A stretch of DNA of 64,000 bases from Chiloscyllium plagiosum (Eukaryota). Under the pieces are notes generated by a model. It worked only from the letters and a program-made list of their open reading frames with translations, was not told the origin of the DNA and did no database searches. Location: the NCBI RefSeq assembly GCF_004010195.1, contig NC_057719.1, forward strand, positions 11,972,002-12,036,001. The letters run 5' to 3'. Numbering within the stretch: position 1 is the first letter of the stretch; each line of letters opens with the position of its first letter. The translations under genes were made by a program, and so were the position numbers. Of this stretch, positions 55,634 through 64,000 are shown in pieces.

Positions 55634-56652
55634 ACTTTTCAGACTGGAGGTCTGAGGCCAGTGGTGCGCCACAAGGATCAGTGCTGCGTCCACTGCTTTT
55701 TGTAATTTATGTAAATGATTTGGATATATAGGAAGGTATAGTTAGTAAGCGTGCAGATGACACCAAAATTGGAGGTGTTAGTGGATAATGAAGGTTACCT
55801 CAGAGTACAACGGGATCTTGACCAGATGAGCCAATGGGCTGAGGAGTGGCAGATGGAGTTTAATTCAGATAAATGCGAGGTGCTGCATTTTGGAAAGGCA
55901 AATCTTAGCAGGACTTATACACTTAATGGTAAGGTCCTAGGGAGTGTTGCTGAACAAAGAGACCTTGGAATGCAGGTTCATAGCTCCTTGAAAGTGGAGT
56001 CGTAGGTAGATAGGATAGTGAAGGCTGTGTTTGGTATGCTTTCCTTTGTTGGTCAGAGTATTGAGTATAGGGGTTGAGAGGCCATGTTGCAGCTGTTCAG
56101 GACATTGGTTAGGCCACTTTTGGAATACTGTATACAATTCTGGTCTCCTTCCTATTGGAAGGATGTTATGAAACTTGAAAGGGTTCAGAAAAGATTTACA
56201 AGGATGTTGCCAGGGTTGGAGAATCTGAGCTACAGGGAGAGTCTAAATAGGCTGAGGCTGTTTTCCCTGGAGCGGAGGCTGAGGGATGACCTTATAGAGG
56301 TTTATAAGGTCACAAGGAGCATGGATAGGATAAATAGACAAGGTCTTTTCCCTGGGGTGGGGAGTCCAAGACTAAAGGGCATAGGTTTAGGGTGGGAGGG
56401 GAAAGATATAAAAGGGACCTAAGGGGCAACTTTTTCACACAGAGGGTGGTATGTGTATGGAATCAGAGGAAGTGGTGGAGGCTGGTACAACTGCAGCATT
56501 TAAAAGACATCTGGATGGGTATATGAATACGAAGGTTTTAGAGGGATATGGGCCAAGTGCTGGAAATGGGACTAGATTAGATTAGGATACCTAGTCAGCA
56601 TGGATGAGTTCAACCAAAAGGAATGATTCCATGCTGTACATCTCTATGACTC
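55634..56652 (+). mobile_element. Young CR1/HER1 3' portion
   Basis: WQMEFNSDKCEVLHFG and RPLLEYCIQFWSP motifs; tail ctctatgactc. Confidence 0.93.
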
Positions 56653-57736
56653 AAGGTTTTCAAATACTAGTTTCACAATCTTTTATGCCCACCTGGTTCA
56701 GTTCAGTTGACTGGACAGCTGATTTGTGATGCAATCTGACGCCAATAGCAAGAGTTCAAGTCCTGCACTAACTGACTATGAGGAAGTCTCCTTTTCAATC
56801 TCTCCCCTCACCTGTGGTGGTGACCCTCAGATTAAACCAGACCTGACGTCTCTATCAGAATATACACCTATGGGCTGGTAAGACTAAGGACTCTTCACTT
56901 TTATTGCTTCAAAACCGACTAATACTGGAAAATTAGTTATTTTCAGAATAAAAATAGCTACATGGATTAAAAGGGAGACAAATGTTCTCCTGCTGCATGT
57001 CAAATTTCCTTAAAGGCAGCATGCCCACTTATACAGAGTTTTTGCAGCAAGAGCAGAGCGGCGCACATCACTGCCCGTTCTACTGGTTTCAATTAAGATT
57101 GCTTCCAAAGGTCATCATTTTAAACTTGCCAGGACGTGGACATACCCTTTTGATTATATTATCAATTATACGAAGGGTGTGTGTTTTAGAACAAAGAATG
57201 TGTGTCTGGGAAGGAAACAGCGTTTCAACAAGCAGAATTTTGGCAATTCGGTGTTTTAAAATAACCAACGCGGCGATTTAAAACGGGTTCACTCCGAATA
57301 GAAATCGTGGCCGACAAGATTGTAAATCCGAACCAGTCACAGAAAATGCCGTCTATTACCGAGGGATAAAGCGTTTCAAATACTAAAGGAAACGTACTGA
57401 AAATTGTGCCGATAGAGAAATAAAACCACATCACCCCCTCTCCCCAACAACACACACGAGCGAATAAAACATCCAGTTAGTGACAGATAAGCATTCTGCT
57501 CGTTAAACAACGGCAAATTAAAATCGAAGACCAAGTATCCGGCGTTGCGGCGGGTGAAAGGCCTGATCGCGGGGGCGGGGGGTGGTGAGGGCGAAAGGCC
57601 TGAACTCCGGTGGGTTTTAAAAGGCCTGGACGCGGGGGCGGCCTACCGGCTCCTGGGGGCGGGTGAATGACTGCAGTCGCCTCCAGCAGCGGGCCCTCTC
57701 TCTCCCCGATCCCTGGCTCACCATCACGGTACTCAC

Positions 57737-57744
57737 TATGGCAT
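57737..57744 (-). CDS. PAPOLA: Poly(A) polymerase alpha, coding exon 1 (ATG CCA TA|gtgagt)
   Basis: Minus strand reads gccgagccATGCCATA followed by the strong donor GTGAGT, with good Kozak context, inside a CpG island. It splices in frame to exon 2 to give MPYPAANPGS..., resembling the vertebrate PAPOLA N-terminus MPFPVTT. Confidence 0.9.
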
Positions 57745-57778
57745 GGCTCGGCCCGGCTCCGTTCCACTTCCACTATCC

Positions 57779-57805
57779 CTAACGGTCGCCGAGGTTCACT
57801 TTCAT
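57779..57805 (-). promoter_or_regulatory. Upstream ORF 2 (MKVNLGDR*)
   Basis: caaggATGAAAGTGAACCTCGGCGACCGTTAG, ending 34 nt before the main ATG. Confidence 0.5.
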
Positions 57806-57996
57806 CCTTGCGCCCCCGAGATTGATTCTTTCCTTTCCTTTTCCTGAGCGGGAAAATAAAATCGCTCCTTCGGATGTCGAAGGAATTTCTGCCCCCCCAC
57901 CCCAACTACCGTTATGTCTTTGATTTTAAACTCGCCCCGCCTTTTGTTGTGTCCCCAACGCCGACGGCACCCTCTTCTCCCTCCCTTGCTCCTCCT

Positions 57997-58023
57997 TTAC
58001 AACAAAGCAGCCGGTCCCAACAT
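57997..58023 (-). promoter_or_regulatory. Upstream ORF 1 (MLGPAALL*) in the putative PAPOLA 5' UTR
   Basis: gtcgccATGTTGGGACCGGCTGCTTTGTTGTAA, with a purine at -3, about 280 nt upstream of the main ATG. Confidence 0.6.
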
Positions 58024-58276
58024 GGCGACAGACAGACAAAAACAACAAACCCGCCGCAGCCAGCACCAGCCGGCTCGGCGACCTCGGCGCCGCCTTCCCC
58101 CTTCCGTCAGCGCGCGCACGACGCCATGCGCGCCGCGTCCGTACGTCGCTGGACGCCCCCAGCACGCATGCGCACTTACACGTAAGGCTGTCGGGAAATT
58201 CTGTACATCGCCAACACCAAGGAGCTTGCGCATTTACAGCCCTTTTGCGCAAGCTCCTTAGTGCTTTTCAGCTGCA

Positions 58277-58540
58277 CAATCTCGTTGATAGTGCGCATGC
58301 TCCCTGGTGTCTGAACGAACAGCCTCTTTGATAGTGAGCATGCTCCCTATTGTCCGTCAACGCAGCCTCGTTATTAGTGCGCATGCCCGTGTATCTGGAA
58401 GCACAACCTCATAGCTAAAATATTGTTAAGCGTTGATTTTGCTTTTTCTTCATCGATATCGTTAGATCTGCTGAGTTTCTTCAGCAATTTCTATTTTTGT
58501 TCCAGCCTTGTTCATAATGCACATGCTCTTTGGTGTCAGC
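58277..58540. repeat. Degenerate 43-bp tandem repeat: 3 adjacent copies plus a displaced copy, each with an NRF1-like core
   Basis: Units start at 58277, 58320, 58363 and 58503; consensus approximately cagcctcgttgatagtgcgcatgctccctggtgtc. Confidence 0.8.
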
Positions 58541-58567
58541 AAGAGAGCTGCGAATGCTGGAAATCTG

Positions 58568-58886
58568 AAACAAAAGTCTTTTCCCTGGGGTCGGGGGTCC
58601 AGAACTAGAGGGCATAGGTTTAGGGTTAGAGGGGAAACATATAAAAGAGACCTAAGGGGCAACCTTTTCATGCAGAGGGTGGTACGTGTATGGAATGAGC
58701 TGCCAGAGGGTGTGGTGGAGGCTGATACAATTACAACATTTAAAAGGCATTTGGATGGGTACATGAATAGGAAGGGTTTGGAGGGATATGAGCTGGATGC
58801 TGGCAGGTGGGACTAGATTGGGTTGGGATATCTGGTCAGCATGGACGGATAGGACTGAAGGGTCTGTTTCCATGCTGTATGACTCT
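58568..58886 (+). mobile_element. Young CR1/HER1 3' end
   Basis: SRTRGHRFRV...WNELPE...TFKRHLD. Confidence 0.92.
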
Positions 58887-58889
58887 AAA

Positions 58890-59070
58890 AATAGGAATTG
58901 CTGGAGAAACTCGGCAGGTCTAGCAGCATCTGTGGAGAGAAAACAGAGCTAAGGTTTTGAGTTCAGTGACCCTGATTCAGAACTCTTTACTGACTGAAAA
59001 TTAACTTTGCTTTCTTTCCAGAGATGTTGCCAGACCTGTTGAGTTTCACCAGCAATTTTTGCTTTAGTTT
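58890..59070. mobile_element. Fold-back PLE family D mini-element
   Basis: aattgctggagaaactcggcaggtctagcagcatct... mirrored by ...agatgttgccagacctgttgagtttcaccagcaatt. Confidence 0.7.
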
Positions 59071-59544
59071 CATTCTTTTTTCCTATTATTTCAATAATAA
59101 TTTGAAACTTACTCTTTGACCCTTAGAGTTGAAGAATAGTTTAAGGCTTAAACCTGAAATCGGTTCAACAAGCGCTCTCTCCGAGTTCATTATCCTCTCT
59201 TGAACTAACCTCTAAGTAAATGTCCCACTTTCAGGACCTTTGACATTGCCAGCTAATCAGAAACAAAAACAAATAACTGGAAATGCTCAGCAGCATCTGT
59301 GAGGACAAATCAGAGTTAACATTTGAGTACGGTGACCCTTCCTCAGACTTGATGATAGCTAGGAAAACGCCAATTTTTATGCAAAACACATATCGTGAGG
59401 GGTGGGGGTAAGAAGTAAATGATAGGTGCGGATTGAGCCCAAAAAGAGAGAGAACAGTTGGACAGACACAAGAGTGGATAACGATCTGGCTAGGACGGTG
59501 AATAGCTGTTAATGGACACTGTTACTGGCTTACAATGGGTAATA

Positions 59545-60241
59545 ATCTTCGAGGAGAAAGTGAGGACTGCAGATGCTGGAGATCAGAGCTGAAAATGTGT
59601 TGCTGGAAAAGCACAGCGGGTCAAGCAGCATCCAAGGAACAGGAGAATCGACGTTTCGGGCATAAGCCCTTCTTCAGGAATGAGGAAAGTGTGTCCAGCA
59701 GGCTAAGATAAAACGTAGGGAGGAGGGACTTGGGGGAGGGGCGTTGGAAATGCCATCGGTGGAAGGANNNNNNNNNNNNNNNNNNNNNNNNNNNNNNNNN
59801 NNNNNNNNNNNNNNNNNNNNNNNNNNNNNNNNNNNNNNNNNNNNNNNNNNNNNNNNNNNNNNNNNNNNNNNNNNNNNNNNNNNNNNNNNNNNNNNNNNNN
59901 NNNNNNNNNNNNNNNNNNNNNNNNNNNNNNNNNNNNNNNNNNNNNNNNNNNNNNNNNNNNNNNNNNNNNNNNNNNNNNNNNNNNNNNNNNNNNNNNNNNN
60001 NNNNNNNCTACCTGACCTCTCCGCCCCCACCCCACTCTGGCCTATCACCCTCAACTTGACCTCCTTCCACCGATGGCATTTCCAACGCCCCTCCCCCAAG
60101 TCCCTCCTCCCTACCTTTTATCTTAGCCTGCTGGACACACTTTCCTCATTCTTGAAGAAGGGCTTATGCCCAAAACGTCGATTCTCCTGTTCCTTGGATG
60201 CTGCCTGACCGGCTGCGCTTTTCCAGCAACACATTTTCAGC
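59545..60241. mobile_element. Young fold-back PLE family A (N-gap 59768-60007 in the centre); intact hammerhead core at 59650-59677 (-)
   Basis: Inverted arms; perfect 14-bp TSD tacaatgggtaata (59531-59544 / 60242-60255). Confidence 0.88.
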
Positions 60242-60275
60242 TACAATGGGTAATAGCAGACTATATGATAACAAG

Positions 60276-60445
60276 AAGAAAGTGAGCTTTGCAGATGCTG
60301 GAGACAAAACATATGGTGTTGGAAAAGCACAGCCGGTCAGGCAGCATCTGAGGAACAGGAACGCTCGAAATGTTGACTCTCCTGCTCCTAGGATGCTGCT
60401 TGACCGGCTGTGGTGTTCCAGCACCACACTTTTTGACTCTTTATG
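60276..60445. mobile_element. Short fold-back PLE family A-like element
   Basis: TSD tgataacaag (60266-60275 / 60446-60455); inverted arms. Confidence 0.8.
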
Positions 60446-60794
60446 TGATAACAAGGCATGATGTGTGGTGTCTAGGACATAGAAGAGTTCAAGCTCTAAA
60501 GTTAATGAAGTCGATATTGAGTCCAGAAGGCTGCAGGCCTCCCAAGTGGAAAATGGTGTTGTTCTTTCAGAATATGTTGAGCTTCACTGGAGCACTGCAG
60601 CAAGCCTGAGGCAGAGATATTGGGCGTGGAACAGGCTGAAGTGTTGAAGTGGCAGGCAACTGGAAGTGCAGAGTCATTTTTGCAGGCAGAACGTGAAGTG
60701 GTCACTCAGTCTGTGCTTCATTTCCCCAATGTAGAGAAGATCACATTGTGAGCACCAAATGCAGTACACTAGATTGTGTGAAGTGCAGGTTCGT

Positions 60795-61118
60795 GGGCGG
60801 GACGGTGGCACAGTGGTTAGCACTGCTGCCTCACAGCGCCTGAGACCCGGGTTCAATTCCCGCCTCAGGCGACTGACTGTGTGGAGTTTGCATGTTCTCT
60901 CCGTGTCTGTGTGGGTTTCCTCCGGGTGCTCCGGTTTCCTCCCACAGTACAAAGATGTGCAGGTCAGGTGAATTGGCCATGCTAAATTGCCCGTAGTGTT
61001 AGGTAAGGGGTAAATGTAGGGGCATGGGTGGGTTGCGCTTCGGCGGGTCAGTGTGGACTTGTTGGGCCAAAGGGCCTGTTTCCACGTTGTAATGTAATCT
61101 AAAATCTAATCTAATCTA
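60795..61118 (+). mobile_element. Young HE1-like V-SINE
   Basis: Intact B-box (ggttcaattcc), retained CpGs and an (aatct)n tail. Confidence 0.92.
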
Positions 61119-61799
61119 AAGCACTGATTCACCATGAAAGGTATCTTTGGGCCCTTGGATACTGAGGACAGAGGAGGTAAATGGGCTCAGGTTTGTTGTA
61201 GTGGTCCAATGAAGCTCAGCCTAAACTGGAAGAACAACATCTCATTCTCCACTTGGGGAGCCTGCAACCTTCTAGACTCAATATTGAGTTCAATATCTTT
61301 AAGGTTTTAAAACTCCTATGTCCTAGACTTCACCCCACACATCATGCCTTGTTATCACATTGTCTGCTATTACACACAAGCCATTGTTAGCCAGTAACAG
61401 TCTCCATTAATAACTATTCACCCTCCGAGCCAGACCATTATCCACTCCCTCTTTGGGCTCTATCTCCACCTATCATTTACTCCTTACCTCTTTCCCCCAC
61501 CCCATGTCCTGCATAAAAATTGACATTTTGCTTACTATAATCAGTTCTGGGGAGGGTCATCAGTTTCTGATTTCTCTTCACAGGGGCTGCCAGACCTGCT
61601 GAGCATTTCCAGCAATTTCTCTTTCTAATTTTGTTCCTGATTTACAGCATCTGCAATTCTTTTGGTTTTAATGACCTCAAAATCCTTGTCATGTCAATCA
61701 CAAATAAGGTACTCTGATCACTTATTGTCACTTTTTGCACCTCCTTTGGTACCTACCCTTGAAAAAAAAATTCCCCCATTTCAATTAGAACTACCACAC

Positions 61800-63322
61800 A
61801 TGAAGCCACTATTTGAGAGGAGTGGGAAGGACAAGCCAGGGAACTATAGGCCAGTGAGCCTGATGTCGGTGGTGGGTATGTTGTTGGAGAGAATCCTTAG
61901 GGACTGGATGTACATGTATTTGGAAAGGCAAGGACTGATTAGGGATAGATTAGAGGAGTGCCGGAAAAGCACAGCAAGTCAGGCAGCATCCAAGGAGCAG
62001 GAAAAGGGACGTTTCGGGCAAAAGGCCTTCATCAGGAATGTAGGGTAGTCAACATGGATTTGTGCATATCTGACAAACTTGACAGCATTTTTTGAAGAAG
62101 TAACAAAGAGGATTGATGAGGGCAGAGCTGTGGATGTGATCTATATGGACTTCAGTAAGACATTTGACAAGGTTCCCCATGGGAGACTGGTTAGCAAGGT
62201 TAGATCTCATGGAATACAGGAAGAACTCGCCATTTGGATACGGAAATGGCTCAAAGGTGTAAGACAGAGGGTCGGGGTGGAGGGTTGTTTTTCAGACTGG
62301 AGGCTTGTGACCAGTGAAGTGCCACAAGGATCGGTGCTGGGTCCACTACTTTTCATCATTTATATAAATGATTTGGATGTAAGCATAAGAAATATAGTTA
62401 GTAAGTTTGCAGATGACACCAAAATTGGAAGTGTAGTGGACAGCGAAGAAGGTTACCTCAGATTACAACGGGATCTCGATCAGATGAGCAAGTGGGCTGA
62501 GAAGTGGCAGATGGAGTTTAATTTAGATAAATGAGAGGTGCTGCATTTTGGAAAAGCAAATCTTAACAGGACTTTTACACTTAATGGTAAGATCCGAGGA
62601 GAGGATAGAGACCTTGGAGTGCAGGTTCATAGCTCCTTGAAAGTGGAGTTGCAGGTTTATAGGGTGGTGAAGAAGGCGTTTGGTATGCTTTTCTTTATTG
62701 GTCAGAGTACTGAGTACAGGAGTTGGGAAGTCATGTTGTGGCTGTGCAGGGCATTGGTTAGGCCAATTTTGGAATATTGCATGCAATTCTGGTCTCCTTC
62801 CTATTGGAAGGATGTTATGAAACATGAAAGGGTTCAGAAAATGTTTACAAGGATGTTGACAGGGTTGGACAATTTGAGCTATAGAGAGAGGTTGAATAGG
62901 TGAGGACTGTTTCCCCTGGAGCATCACAGGTTGAGGGGTGACTTTATAGAGGTTTATAAAATCATGAGGGGCATGGATAGGATAAATAGACAAAGTCTCT
63001 TCCCTGGGGTGAAGGAGTCCAGAACTAGAGAGCATAGGTTTAGGGTGGGAGGGGAAAGATACGAGAAAGATCAAAGGTGCAACCTTTTCTCGCAGAGGGT
63101 GGTACATGTACAGAATGAGCTGCCAGAGGAAGTGGTGGAGGTTAGTATGATTCCAACATTTAAAAGGCATCTGGATGGGATTATGAATAGGAAGGGCTTG
63201 GAGGGATTTGGGCCGGGTGCTGGCAGGTGCGACTAGATTGGATTGGGATATCTGGTCGGCGTGGATGAGTTGGACTAAAGGGTCTTTTTCCGTGCTGTAC
63301 ATCTCTCTGAACTCTATGACTC
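61800..63322 (+). mobile_element. CR1/HER1 LINE 3' half with nested PLE family A tail (about 61948-62040, minus)
   Basis: YMDFSKTFDKVPH, PQGSVLGPLLFIIYINDL and KFADDTK motifs. Confidence 0.93.
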
Positions 63323-63577
63323 TACCTTTCAAGCCTCAAGTGATCAGCATTTAGACTCCTTTCACCACAACATTGTTCTCATTACAAATTGCTCAACCGG
63401 TTATGGGTTATGTTTCAGTGTATTGATGAGGCTTTATCGGGAATTCAGTGCACTATATTGGTCCTTATTCAAGAAAGGATATGTATGCATTGAAGTAGTT
63501 CAGACAAGATGTACTAAACTAAACTAGAATGAATGGGTTTTCTTAAGAGGAAATGTTAAATATGCTAGTCTTCTATC

Positions 63578-64000
63578 TAGGAGAAAGTGAGGACTGCAGA
63601 TGCTGGAGATCAGAGCTGAAAATGTGTTGCTGGAAAAGCACAGCAGGTCAGGCAGCATTCAAGGAACAGGAGAATCGACGTTTCGGGCATGAGCCCTTCT
63701 TCAAGAATGAGGAAAGTGTGTCCAGCAGGCTAAGATAAAAGGTAGGGAGGAGGGACTTGGGGGAGGGGCGTTGGAATTGCGATAGGTGGAGGGAGGTCAA
63801 GGTGAGGGTGATAGGCCGGAGTGGGGTGGGGGCGGAGAGGTCAGGNNNNNNNNNNNNNNNNNNNNNNNNNNNNNNNNNNNNNNNNNNNNNNNNNNNNNNN
63901 NNNNNNNNNNNNNNNNNNNNNNNNNNNNNNNNNNNNNNNNNNNNNNNNNNNNNNNTGCAGCGGATGCAGTAAATGATGTGTGTAGAGGTGCAGGTGAACT
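63578..64000 (-). mobile_element. PLE family A 3' end (runs into N-gap 63846-63955 and off the window)
   Basis: Near-identical to 59550-59767. Confidence 0.88.

Larger units (their letters stand above)
57480..58410 (-). promoter_or_regulatory. CpG island / promoter and 5' leader of PAPOLA
   Basis: The only strongly GC- and CpG-rich stretch in an otherwise CpG-poor window, and it spans the start codon. NRF1-like CGCATGCGCA at about 58165-58174 and GCGCATGC copies at 58292 and 58379; YY1-like CAACATGGCG at 58018-58027; GC-box-like GGGGCGG motifs. The TSS cannot be placed exactly. Confidence 0.85.
59256..61670. mobile_element. Large fold-back PLE family D hosting three nested insertions
   Basis: The left (minus) arm 59256-61185, with GIY-YIG (NLVYCIWCSQCDLLYIGE), mirrors the right arm at about 61190-61640. 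Confidence 0.75.

Noticed and set aside
57477..58261. Several 78-142 aa ORFs on both strands over the CpG island
   Set aside because: Expected by-product of GC-rich, stop-poor sequence; low-complexity Pro/Arg/Ala translations with no recognisable domain.
58277..58410. Regularly spaced repeats that superficially resemble a CRISPR array
   Set aside because: Whole units are homologous with no unique spacers, there are no cas genes, and the context is vertebrate.
60800..60870. tRNA-like sequence with A/B boxes
   Set aside because: It is the head of an HE1-like SINE continuing into the V-domain and tail; not a tRNA gene.
62523..63332. 269-aa minus-strand ORF
   Set aside because: Antisense frame of a CR1 ORF2 3' region; not a gene.

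Overview
Eukaryotic, repeat-rich DNA. The repeat families (HE1-like V-SINEs, HER1/CR1 LINEs, Penelope-like elements) point to a cartilaginous fish, probably a shark (inference). The one host gene is the 5' part of canonical nuclear poly(A) polymerase alpha (PAPOLA) on the minus strand: nine GT-AG coding exons running from a CpG-island promoter at about 57.5-58.5 kb down to exon 9 at 1803-1941. They give 833 nt of in-frame CDS including the catalytic GSYRLG...GADID...EIDIL motifs, and the gene continues off the left edge. The putative 5' leader carries two 8-codon uORFs. The promoter has NRF1-like motifs, a perfect 14-bp inverted repeat and a 43-bp tandem array. The most striking non-gene signal is a dense set of fold-back (tail-to-tail inverted) Penelope-like insertions from at least four distinct families. 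Most are flanked by 10-16 bp target-site duplications, and each carries a minimal hammerhead-ribozyme core (CUGANGA-stem II-GAAA-palindrome-NUH), intact or decayed, near its ends; several intact copies lie on the PAPOLA pre-mRNA strand. Coordinates were counted by hand, repeat boundaries are approximate, and three N-gaps are present.
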